Below are positions 24,993 to 33,453 of a DNA stretch of 36,715 nt, piece by piece (the first letter of the stretch is position 1; the number at the start of each line of letters is the position of its first letter). The DNA is from an uncultured Candidatus Saccharibacteria bacterium. GTDB taxonomy: Bacteria > Patescibacteriota > Minisyncoccia > Phycocordibacterales > GWA1-40-21. The DNA is taken from positions 1 through 36,715 of the forward strand of contig CAYQFQ010000005.1 in NCBI GenBank assembly GCA_964416925.1. The letters are read 5' to 3'. The notes under the pieces were generated by a model. It was not told where the DNA came from. It did no database searches and saw nothing but the letters and a program-made list of their open reading frames with translations. Both the position numbers and the translations under genes were made by a program.

Positions 24993-27397
24993 TGGAATAC
25001 ACTTTGCAGAAAAAAGCTGACATATACAAGATTAAATTCAAAGAGCTTTTGTATATAATCTCTCGAAATGTCTTTTTGTTCACCAATGGAATAATTTTTA
25101 CAGTTGTAATTCTTCTTTTTGTTTTCGGTGATAGACAATCATCTTTGTTTTTGGGTATTTTTACTTTTTTAAATATCATTTTTGGTCTTATTCAGGATAT
25201 TAATGCGTGGATTCAACTTGAAAAGCTTCAACTACTAACTGCACCGCACGTTATACGTATAAAATCTGATGGAACAGAAGAGTTAATTTTAAATGAGCTT
25301 ATTCAAAAGGGTGACATAATCAAGCTTAAAATTGGTGATCAAGTTCCTTGCGATAGTTTGCTTGTTACATCACATAGTTTTGAAATAAATGAAGGGTTGA
25401 TAACTGGTGAGTCGGATTCGGCGTTGAAAACAAAAGGAGAACATCTACTCGCGGGAAGTGTCGTTACTTCTGGTTTGGGCACCGTAAAAACCGAAAGCGT
25501 ATTTAATGAAAGCCGTATTGCGAGAATGACAGAGGGAATAAAAAAATATTCTGTAAAGATGAGCCCTATTCAGAAAGATGTTAATTTGTTTATTAGATAT
25601 TCTGGGTATGTTCTAGCTGTTGTACTTTGTGTTGTTATTGTGCGTGGAGAAATAGTTCATGAAAGCGCTATTACGATTATTAAAAATATTGGTGCTTTAA
25701 CTAGTGCACTTATGCCTGTTGGGCTTGTTTTTGCTATAGCACTATTTTTTGCTTACGGAGCTGCACATCTATTTCGTCGTCATGTCTTGTTACAAGAAGT
25801 GAATGCGACCGAAAAGCTGGGTAGAATAAAAAATCTTTGCATGGATAAGACTGGAACCCTGACAGAAAATACGCTCGTTGTAGAAGATATCTATGTACCA
25901 CCAAAAATTGATATCAATACCGCACAAGAGTTAACTATGTCATATATTCAAGGGACTGGTGATTCTTCTCAAACTCTTAACGCTGTAAGAAAGTTTTTAG
26001 GTATAAAGTATGAGGAAAATATTATTGAATGCTTATCATCTCTTTCTTTCTCATCGTGGAGGAGATATGGTGCTGTCTGTATTGAAAATAAAGGTGAAAG
26101 TTTAGTTATTTTTGGTGGAGCACCAGATGTCTTTCTATCAAAGATCAAAAATGATGAAGAAAAGGTTTGGCTTGAAAGATTTTTACATGAGTATGCGAAA
26201 AGCGGTAAACATGTCTGGTGCGTTATGCAAGCGGTTGGAGATAAGATTCCAGAAGACCTGAAAAATACAAAGTTTTCAATTATTGCTGTGTATGTTTTTT
26301 ATAATAATCTAAGAGAGGGAATTCAGCACACTATCAATTTCTTCCAAGACAGAGGTGTAAGTATAAGGATCATTTCCGGTGATAATCCAGAAACAGTTCA
26401 TACTGTAGCAAAACTGGCCGGCATAAATAGCACTGACAAAATAATAACTGGTGAGGAAATGGAATTGTGGACCAAAGAAGATTTCGAAAATAAAGTAAGC
26501 TCCTATACAATTTTTGCTAGGATTGTCCCAGAGCAAAAAGAGAAAATTGTTGAAGCATTTAAAAAAGATGGTTTTACGGCTATGGTTGGTGATGGTGCAA
26601 ATGATGCACTTGCAATAAAGAAAGCGGATTTAGGTATTGCTATGTTTGATGGAGCTCCCGCAACACGACAACTTGCTTCCATTGTACTTACAAATAATAG
26701 TTTTACGGCTCTGCCTGGTGGAGTAACGCTTGCCGACAGTATCATAAGAAACGTGGAGATTTTTGGAAGTATATTCTTGAATATGTCGATTGTTGGTTTT
26801 CTGCTTTTTGTAGTGACAAGTATTTTTGGTTACGCGTATCCACTTACACCTCTTAACATTACGTTGATTAATTATTTTACTGTCGGTATTCCAGGAATGT
26901 TGATTTCATATTGGACGATAATGTATTCAGGAAAAGTTGATTTTCCAAGTACTAAGCCATATTTAAAAAAGATCTTACCCTTTGCAGTCTGTTCGTCTAT
27001 TATTCAAACTATTTTTATATCAATAATCTTTGCGCTTAGTCCACAGTATCTGAAGTTAGCAGAATCGAACATACTAGTTGTCTTAGCATTTTGTTTTGCT
27101 GGTTTTGTATTCTTTATGTTTACTCCATATGTGTACAGGGGGATAGTAACAAGATTTCAGAAAATGCAGATTCTTGGTTTTGCTTTGTTTGAGATTGTAT
27201 TGCTGTTTTTCATCTTGAAAATTCCGATCATTACAAATTTCTTCGACACAACTAATATTATCCCAGCTTTTTCTAAGAGAAACATTGCAATAATTTTGAT
27301 TTCATCCTGTGTATTGATCATATTACAATACGGTATTGCAAGATGGTTCGTACATAAAAAAAGTGATAGTATCAAAGAAAAACATGACGCAAAATAG
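24992..27397 (+). CDS. Cation-transporting P-type ATPase
   Basis: Motifs ITGESDS, CMDKTGTLT, MPVGL (M4) and MVGDGANDALAIKKADLGIAM are present, with multiple TM segments. It is joined to the upstream GT2 gene by a 1-nt TAATG overlap. Confidence 0.9.
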   Translation: MEYTLQKKADIYKIKFKELLYIISRNVFLFTNGIIFTVVILLFVFGDRQSSLFLGIFTFLNIIFGLIQDINAWIQLEKLQLLTAPHVIRIKSDGTEELILNELIQKGDIIKLKIGDQVPCDSLLVTSHSFEINEGLITGESDSALKTKGEHLLAGSVVTSGLGTVKTESVFNESRIARMTEGIKKYSVKMSPIQKDVNLFIRYSGYVLAVVLCVVIVRGEIVHESAITIIKNIGALTSALMPVGLVFAIALFFAYGAAHLFRRHVLLQEVNATEKLGRIKNLCMDKTGTLTENTLVVEDIYVPPKIDINTAQELTMSYIQGTGDSSQTLNAVRKFLGIKYEENIIECLSSLSFSSWRRYGAVCIENKGESLVIFGGAPDVFLSKIKNDEEKVWLERFLHEYAKSGKHVWCVMQAVGDKIPEDLKNTKFSIIAVYVFYNNLREGIQHTINFFQDRGVSIRIISGDNPETVHTVAKLAGINSTDKIITGEEMELWTKEDFENKVSSYTIFARIVPEQKEKIVEAFKKDGFTAMVGDGANDALAIKKADLGIAMFDGAPATRQLASIVLTNNSFTALPGGVTLADSIIRNVEIFGSIFLNMSIVGFLLFVVTSIFGYAYPLTPLNITLINYFTVGIPGMLISYWTIMYSGKVDFPSTKPYLKKILPFAVCSSIIQTIFISIIFALSPQYLKLAESNILVVLAFCFAGFVFFMFTPYVYRGIVTRFQKMQILGFALFEIVLLFFILKIPIITNFFDTTNIIPAFSKRNIAIILISSCVLIILQYGIARWFVHKKSDSIKEKHDAK

Positions 27398-28691
27398 CAG
27401 TAATTTAAAAATAAGTCTTGTAATTCCAGCCTATAACGAAGAGTTATATCTTCCAGAGTGCTTGGAAAAAGCCATAAAATATTCTGATGGAAAGTTTTAT
27501 GAAATAATCGTTGTTAATAATAATAGTACTGATAGAACTAAAGAAGTTGCATTAAAATTTCCGGGAGTCAGAGTTGTTGATGAGCCGATAAAAGGTCTTA
27601 CAAAAGCAAGACAAAAAGGTCTTGATGAGGCAAGAGGTGATTATTTAGCCTATATAGATGCAGATACTCGTCTTCATCCTATGTGGTTTAACATTGTTGA
27701 AAAGTTCTTTAGAAAAAACCCCGAGGCAGTTAGTTTGAGTGGTCCTTATAGATATTATGATGGATCAAAGATTAAAAACTTTTTCATGCATATGGTGTGG
27801 TGGGTGAATGCTCCTATTGGTTATATGCTCGCTGGATACATGATACTCGGTGGTAACTTTGTTGCAAAAAAGAAAGCCCTTTTAGAAATTGGTGGTTTTG
27901 ATAAAAGTATACAGTTTTATGGAGAAGATACGGATCTATCTCGTCGTCTGAGTAAACTTGGCAAGGTGGTGTTTAAAATGAATTTTTTTATATTTTCATC
28001 TAGTCGAAGGTTCCAAAAGGAGGGGTTAATAAGAACTAATATTGTTTACGCATTAAATTTTGTTTGGGAGGTTTTGTTTAAACGCCCATTTACGAAATCT
28101 TATAATGACTGTAGATTAGAACCCACGATTGATGAAAAAGTCATAAGAGAAAGCGAAAAAAGAGGTGCTGAATTAAAAGCTTGGATTGTGAGCGGATTAT
28201 TTACGCTGGCTTTTATATTTGCTCTTGTATTTGAACAATTTGATTGGCATAGGGTAATACCCTTGATAATTTTTTATGCAATTTTTGTGTTTAATACTTT
28301 CTTTTCGATCAGAAGTTTCTCTCGTCTCGCACCTGCAAATAATTTGATGCATAACCTATTCGACTTACTTTTGGTTTTCTTATTTATGATGATGGCGTTT
28401 AGTATTAACAACGCTACATATTTTATTTTCTTTAACTTATTAATTTTTGCAATCTCTTCTATTAAGTACACGATGCTTTTGGGTAATCTAGAATATGATG
28501 TGATTTTAAAGAGAAAAATTCTTATAGATATCTTAGGGGTGTTTTCAACTGGTATTGTTATTGGGGGAATACTGGCTGGCTATGTAATGTGGAGCATTTG
28601 GTCATGGGTAATATTATTTTTTGTTACTAATATTGTTCTATTTATTCTCTGGCCATTTTATAGACTGGACCCAAAGAAGGAGTGTTTATAA
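27384..28691 (+). CDS. Family 2 glycosyltransferase fused to a C-terminal polytopic membrane domain
   Basis: SLVIPAYNEELYL, VVNNNSTDRT and YIDADT are followed by about 5 hydrophobic segments. I chose ATG 27384, which overlaps the ATPase stop, over 27336. Confidence 0.8.
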   Translation: MTQNSSNLKISLVIPAYNEELYLPECLEKAIKYSDGKFYEIIVVNNNSTDRTKEVALKFPGVRVVDEPIKGLTKARQKGLDEARGDYLAYIDADTRLHPMWFNIVEKFFRKNPEAVSLSGPYRYYDGSKIKNFFMHMVWWVNAPIGYMLAGYMILGGNFVAKKKALLEIGGFDKSIQFYGEDTDLSRRLSKLGKVVFKMNFFIFSSSRRFQKEGLIRTNIVYALNFVWEVLFKRPFTKSYNDCRLEPTIDEKVIRESEKRGAELKAWIVSGLFTLAFIFALVFEQFDWHRVIPLIIFYAIFVFNTFFSIRSFSRLAPANNLMHNLFDLLLVFLFMMMAFSINNATYFIFFNLLIFAISSIKYTMLLGNLEYDVILKRKILIDILGVFSTGIVIGGILAGYVMWSIWSWVILFFVTNIVLFILWPFYRLDPKKECL

Positions 28692-28733
28692 TTTCGATTT
28701 TATCCTTATCTATAGGCATAATTTTATGTAACA

Positions 28734-29708
28734 TGCAACATCATATCTGACACTCTCTTAGTTTCTGTATTGGCGTTAAGCCATTTATGCCCAAATGTTC
28801 ACGTTCATTGTTGTACCAATCGACATACATTTTTTGTTTTTCTTCTACCTGTTCAAGTGAATTAAACCTCGTTCTGTTCCAAAATTCTTCTCGATCAGTA
28901 CGATGACTCCTTTCAACTTTTCCATTCTGCGCAGGCTTGCCTGGTTGTATGAGATAGTGAAGAATATTGTGAGATGAACATGTTTGATCAAACAAATGTC
29001 TTTTTCTGTATCCCAAACTTTTGTATGCTCCAGAATATCTATTAGTAAAGATTGAACCATTGTCAGTTTTTACTCCACGAACCTTGAATGGAGCATTTTC
29101 AATTAGTGATTCCAAGAAACGTGCTGCGTTTAGTGAATGTTGTTCTGAATATATCTTTAGAAATCTCCATCTAGTACAACAATCAATCGCTGTGAACTGA
29201 TATATCCATTTACCCTTGAATCTCTTCATCAAAGCAACGTCAATCTCTACAAGCTCTCCTGGGACAGTACTCTTTGGTATCCAGATATTGTCTCTCTTGA
29301 GTCTTTTTCTTGTTCTCACAAGCTGTTCTCTTTTCAATATCTTGTGTATTCCTCGTACACTCATGGTAATTCCTTCTTTCTTTAATCTCATCTGAATCTT
29401 TACTGCACAAAAATTGTGAGCTGTTCTGATATCTCTGATACGAGAAACAACCAAAGGTGATGTGGTATTAGGATGGTAGTGATGAGCCCTAGACTTTTCT
29501 TTGAGACCATTCAGTCCATATTTGATATATTCTTTTTTCCATCTATGTGGGGTATCTCTTGAGAATCCAGACTTCTTTGAGAGTTCTGTAATGGTCAATT
29601 CACCCTCTGTGTGAAGTTTGAGCCATCTTTCTCTTTCTGTGGCTATCAATATTGCATTGTTGTGAGTCATTGTATTCATATCCTTGCACTGTCAGATATG
29701 ATTGTACA
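28734..29708 (-). mobile_element. IS481-family-like insertion sequence (approximate ends)
   Basis: A single DDE transposase ORF is bracketed by imperfect terminal inverted repeats. The left repeat is TGCAACATCATATCTGACA (28734-28752). The right repeat, read as reverse complement, is TGTACAATCATATCTGACA (29708-29690). They match at 16/19 positions, and the inner 12 are perfect. I saw no target-site duplication. Confidence 0.65.
28741..29679 (-). CDS. IS481-family DDE transposase (HTH + rve integrase core)
   Basis: The N-terminal HTH region is ITELSKKSGFSRDTPHRWKKEY..GLNGLKEKSRAHH. The DDE residues lie in VEIDV, VKTDNGSIFT and QPGKPAQNGKVERSHRT. Confidence 0.85.
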   Translation of the reverse strand: MNTMTHNNAILIATERERWLKLHTEGELTITELSKKSGFSRDTPHRWKKEYIKYGLNGLKEKSRAHHYHPNTTSPLVVSRIRDIRTAHNFCAVKIQMRLKKEGITMSVRGIHKILKREQLVRTRKRLKRDNIWIPKSTVPGELVEIDVALMKRFKGKWIYQFTAIDCCTRWRFLKIYSEQHSLNAARFLESLIENAPFKVRGVKTDNGSIFTNRYSGAYKSLGYRKRHLFDQTCSSHNILHYLIQPGKPAQNGKVERSHRTDREEFWNRTRFNSLEQVEEKQKMYVDWYNNEREHLGINGLTPIQKLRECQI

Positions 29709-29709
29709 C

Positions 29710-29919
29710 ATTACCGTCTGCCTTTCACCATACATTACTTACGATGATGGAGCTTACGACGCGGAAGAAAACTACATCTTCTTCCAGTCAGTATCCATCG
29801 CCTATTCCATAGGCAATTTCGAACTCTCACCATCTTTCCTTTTCAGTTGTCCCATACTGGAAGATGAAGGAAGGGAGAATGAGACATTCTTCGGACTTTC
29901 GCTCTCGGGCGAATACTGA
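29710..29919 (+). pseudogene. Orphan 3' fragment of a beta-barrel (outer-membrane-protein-like) gene abutting the IS end
   Basis: The in-frame 70 codons end ..NYIFFQSVSIAYSIGNFELSPSFLF...ETFFGLSLSGEY-stop. They show an alternating beta-strand pattern and a terminal aromatic residue. There is no plausible 5' part, the fragment is G+C-richer than the backbone, and it has its own terminator. Confidence 0.4.
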
Positions 29920-29932
29920 GGATTAAAAAACG

Positions 29933-29982
29933 AAACGCGTGGTTCTAGAAAGCGAAAGCAATCTTGAACCACGCGTTTTTTA
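29933..29982 (+). terminator. Rho-independent (bidirectional-looking) terminator
   Basis: A 13-bp stem pairs AAACGCGTGGTTC (29933-29945) with GAACCACGCGTTT (29966-29978). A T-run follows and an A-run precedes it. Confidence 0.8.
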
Positions 29983-30106
29983 ATTGTGTGTTTTTCTTAT
30001 TAAATAATATTTTTTATATCTTTTATTTAATAAATTAAATATCAGATGTGTTTTTTATAAAGTTATTAGTTGATATATTTTTCTTGAAGACTTATAATAT
30101 GCTCCT

Positions 30107-30559
30107 ATGTCAGAAGAAAAAAAGAAAGTTGGTGCAGGCTTTGGTGTTGTCCTTGAGAAAGATGAGAAAATACTTCTAGGCCTAAGACATCCAGATCCAG
30201 AAAAAGCGGATTCAGCTTTTAAAAGTGCAGGAGAATGGACTCTTCCAGGAGGGAAACTTGATTGGGGAGAGACTTTTGAAGAAGGAGCTGTTCGTGAGGT
30301 GAAAGAAGAAACAGGAATAGATATCAAAAATCCAGAAGTTATCTCCGTTCATAATTGTAAAAATCAGCATGCCCACTATATGACCATTGGACTCACTGCA
30401 AAAGAATGGAGTGGTGAAGCCAATGTCATGGAGCCTGATGAAATCGTAAAATGGGATTGGTTTGAATTGGACAATCTTCCTAATCAAATATATTTTCCAA
30501 GTTTTGAGGTTATTGAAAATTACTTACAGAAAAAATTCTATATCAAAAGGAGTTGTTGA
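30107..30559 (+). CDS. NUDIX hydrolase
   Basis: The Nudix box GGKLDWGETFEEGAVREVKEETGI is present. Confidence 0.9.
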   Translation: MSEEKKKVGAGFGVVLEKDEKILLGLRHPDPEKADSAFKSAGEWTLPGGKLDWGETFEEGAVREVKEETGIDIKNPEVISVHNCKNQHAHYMTIGLTAKEWSGEANVMEPDEIVKWDWFELDNLPNQIYFPSFEVIENYLQKKFYIKRSC

Positions 30560-30577
30560 GAGATTTGAATAGAAAAA

Positions 30578-30621
30578 AGACTGAATTTTCATCTTCAAGG
30601 ATAAAAATTCAGTCTTTTTTT
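30578..30621 (+). terminator. Rho-independent terminator
   Basis: A 12-bp stem pairs AGACTGAATTTT (30578-30589) with AAAATTCAGTCT (30604-30615), followed by T-run. Confidence 0.8.
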
Positions 30622-30640
30622 AGTCTTAAAATTAATAAAA

Positions 30641-31792
30641 ATGCATAAAAAGAAAACAATTATAATTTACGAACCGGAGAAAAGCTGTATCAAGATAGAA
30701 ACAATGATAGAAAATGGCTCTGTTTGGCTGACCCAAAAACAGATTGCCTTGGCTTTTGGAACACAGAGACCTGCAATAACTAAACATTTAGACCATATAT
30801 TTAGAACGGGGGAATTAAAAGAGAGCTCAGTTAGTTCCAAAATAGAACTGACTGCCAGGGATGGCAAGAAATATATAGTCAAAATCTATAATTTAGATGT
30901 CATTATATCTGTTGGATATAGGGTAAATTCCAAAAAAGCAACACGATTTAGAATGTGGGCAACAAATGTTCTAAAGAAACACATTGAAGATGGGTATTCT
31001 ATAGATGAGAATAGACTACTTGAATCAAGTGATAAATTGAAAGAACTTCAAAGTAAAATAGCTGAAATACAAGAAGCAAATGGGGAATTAAAGAAAATTA
31101 ACCATTTAAAAAATGAATATATTTCTCTTGCTACTCATCAGATACGTGGGCCACTTGGTGCTATAAAGGGTTACATCTCTTTAATCATTGAAGGAGATTA
31201 CGGAAAAGTTCCAAAAGAATTTATTGAACCTCTAGACATAATATTTAAATCAACAGATTCATTAAGTAAAACAGTGAGTGATTTCTTGGATATATCTCGT
31301 ATAGAACAAGGAGAAATGAAATATTATCTGAAAGATTTTGATGTGGCTGATCTAATAAATGAGGTTCTGAATGAATTTAAAATAAATATAGAGAGAAGTG
31401 GATTGAAGTTGAAAACAGATATTTTAAAAACAAAATGTATCGTTCACGAGGACAAGACAAAGTTAAAACAAGTTTTCGCAAACTTGCTTGATAATGCTCA
31501 CAAATATACGAAGACTGGTTGGATAGAGGTTGGGCTTAGTAAGAAAAATAATAATAAGGTTATTTTTAGTGTAAAAGATAGTGGCGTCGGTATTTCAAAA
31601 GATACATTACCAATGTTGTTTAAAAAGTTTAGCCGTGCCAAAGATGCAAGTGGCGCAAATATTTTAGGAACAGGTTTGGGTCTCTATGTTGCAAAAAAAT
31701 TACTTGAAACAAGAGATAATCATGTTTGGGCGGAATCTCAGGGAGAGGGTAAGGGCTCTCAGTTTTATGTTGAGTTAAACTTAATTAATTGA
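30641..31792 (+). CDS. RhuM-like N-terminal domain fused to a cytoplasmic histidine kinase (HisKA + HATPase_c)
   Basis: The N-terminus VWLTQKQIALAFGTQRPAITKHL..YNLDVIISVGYRVNSKKATRFRMWATNVLK is RhuM-family-like. It is followed by a coiled coil, the H-box LATHQIRGPL, the N-box LLDNAHKYT, G1 DSGVGI and G2 GTGLGLYVAKK. There is no TM segment. Confidence 0.8.
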   Translation: MHKKKTIIIYEPEKSCIKIETMIENGSVWLTQKQIALAFGTQRPAITKHLDHIFRTGELKESSVSSKIELTARDGKKYIVKIYNLDVIISVGYRVNSKKATRFRMWATNVLKKHIEDGYSIDENRLLESSDKLKELQSKIAEIQEANGELKKINHLKNEYISLATHQIRGPLGAIKGYISLIIEGDYGKVPKEFIEPLDIIFKSTDSLSKTVSDFLDISRIEQGEMKYYLKDFDVADLINEVLNEFKINIERSGLKLKTDILKTKCIVHEDKTKLKQVFANLLDNAHKYTKTGWIEVGLSKKNNNKVIFSVKDSGVGISKDTLPMLFKKFSRAKDASGANILGTGLGLYVAKKLLETRDNHVWAESQGEGKGSQFYVELNLIN

Positions 31793-31795
31793 AAA

Positions 31796-32641
31796 TTACA
31801 TTTTCTTTCCTAAGACTTCGCCGAGTGTGACATATTTTTCTTCACCATTTATCGATAGTTCTTTGATGTCGTCCCTGAGAGAGATTTTATTCTTTTCAAA
31901 TAACAGAAAAACTGTTGAACCGCCAAATTTAAATAAGCTTTTTTTGTCTCCATATTTAACTATGTCTCCAATTTTATTATTCTGAATAATTGTTCCGACA
32001 AAAGTCGCTCCCACCTCAACATAATAGACTGTACCAAAGTTTTTTGTTTCAACTTTCATGACATGCCTGTGGCTCTTGCAGTACATTTTTTTAATCTTTT
32101 TCACTGAAGCAAAATCTGATGTGTAGTAACTTCCTTTAACATCTTTAAAATCAACAATTTTTCCATTATCAAAATAATGAGCGTGGTGATACTCTTTTGG
32201 AGTTAAACGTAATTTAATCAACGTTCCACCACTAAAATTATGCCCAGGGTTACTTCCAATAAACTCAGATAAGGAATATGTAAAACCTTTCGCTTGAACA
32301 ATACTTTCTGGATTAATATTCGTCTGTAGACTCAAGAAACACTCAACAGGTGAGTGAAATGCGCCGTGTGGATTTGACGGATAGGCTTTCTTGATAATCT
32401 TGTCTAAATAATCACGCGTAAAAAAATCGTTAAGTGTACGGAATCGCCCTTTTGGTGGAAGTTTAAACAGCGACCGATCAATTCCGAAATCCTTTTCAAA
32501 GTTCTTTATGAAGATTTTACTAATTGGATTATCAGCTATCTTTCCTACAATTTTGTTTGAAATTTTTCTTTTAACAAAAGTATCAAGGAAAATCTTCTGT
32601 AAGGGCTCGTGGTAGAGCATATTTTTAATCGGGATTTTCAT
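31796..32641 (-). CDS. psd: Phosphatidylserine decarboxylase proenzyme
   Basis: The self-cleavage motif FKFGGSTVFLL lies near the C-terminus, with GATFVGTI upstream. 281 aa. Confidence 0.8.
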   Translation of the reverse strand: MKIPIKNMLYHEPLQKIFLDTFVKRKISNKIVGKIADNPISKIFIKNFEKDFGIDRSLFKLPPKGRFRTLNDFFTRDYLDKIIKKAYPSNPHGAFHSPVECFLSLQTNINPESIVQAKGFTYSLSEFIGSNPGHNFSGGTLIKLRLTPKEYHHAHYFDNGKIVDFKDVKGSYYTSDFASVKKIKKMYCKSHRHVMKVETKNFGTVYYVEVGATFVGTIIQNNKIGDIVKYGDKKSLFKFGGSTVFLLFEKNKISLRDDIKELSINGEEKYVTLGEVLGKKM

Positions 32642-32751
32642 GGCTCAAATTATAGCATAAAACAGCCTGGTTATAACTCACATATACAGGAGTATTTTTT
32701 GGTGCTAATCTAATATTAGAGATACGTAACAGCTTAAATAGGGAGGAAAAG

Positions 32752-33081
32752 ATGAAAAAGGTTCACGTAACGAGTAATTTCATGCTTATGGAACTTCTGG
32801 CGTCTTGCTCTGTGGAAAACAAGCAGGATATTATGCAGGCGATTGTCGTCTGGCATAAACTGGTGAGTTTAGAGGATTTTCGGGATCACTTTGTAAATGA
32901 CAAGAAAAAGAGGATCTTGTACGAAGAATTGGATGCTCGAATCTCGCAGTTCATCGTCGAATGCGATAATAAGGCTCGCGAGTTGATGGATATCTACAGG
33001 GATATCCGTCGCGCTGTTGGTCCGGACAAAAACATTATTACTCCCATGAGGAGACTGAAAAAGCATTATTCTGATCTTTAG
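32752..33081 (+). CDS. Hypothetical protein (G+C-richer, strong SD)
   Basis: GGGAGG lies 6 nt upstream of the ATG. 109 aa with no recognisable motifs. Its composition differs from the backbone. Confidence 0.55.
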   Translation: MKKVHVTSNFMLMELLASCSVENKQDIMQAIVVWHKLVSLEDFRDHFVNDKKKRILYEELDARISQFIVECDNKARELMDIYRDIRRAVGPDKNIITPMRRLKKHYSDL

Positions 33082-33326
33082 TTTTTTAAAAAAAGGGAAT
33101 CTTAGGTAAGTACTGAATAAGTGTGCATTAAGTTGTACACCAACTTCTGAAAATCGGTTTGTGCGATGAGTCTTTCGAAAGGCTACCCTGTGAAAAAAAG
33201 CAGGCGCTAAGTAAATGTGATGGCAAAGCACTTAAACGATGGCCGACTACCATCCCGAAGAAGTTGAGGAAAATCTAGAGTCCTTAACCAAAAGAAAGGA
33301 AAGTGAGAGTCATCTTTTCTAACGTA

Positions 33327-33372
33327 AGCGCCACCAACGGTCTCGAGCAACCGGAAGTGTGGCGCTTTTTTT
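33327..33372 (+). terminator. Rho-independent terminator ending a ~250-nt non-coding stretch
   Basis: Stem AGCGCCAC (33327-33334) pairs with GTGGCGCT (33359-33366), with an inner CGGT/ACCG pairing, followed by T7. Confidence 0.8.
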
Positions 33373-33453
33373 ATGTAGTAAGGACAGTTATATGTAAAAA
33401 GTAATGCGAAATTAATGTTATTTGTTATAATATAGTTATTATTAATTAATTAG

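Noticed and set aside
29611-29919. The 102-aa + strand ORF taken as an intact gene.
   Set aside because: Its first third is antisense to the transposase 5' end and crosses the IS inverted repeat. Only the part outside the IS (29710-29919) looks like real, truncated coding sequence.
32869-33231. A 120-aa minus-strand ORF overlapping the 3' end of 32752-33081.
   Set aside because: It has no SD or recognisable motifs. It overlaps a + strand gene that has a strong GGGAGG SD, and its product is Arg/His/Phe-rich shadow-like sequence. I kept it only as a caveat in the finding on 33082-33372.
33264-33295. GAGGAAAATCTAGAGTCC, which resembles the RNase P RNA P4 motif GAGGAAAGTCC.
   Set aside because: The match is interrupted. 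None of the other universally conserved RNase P segments, such as the ACAGAA..GGCUUA partner strand, is present nearby, and the region is too short.
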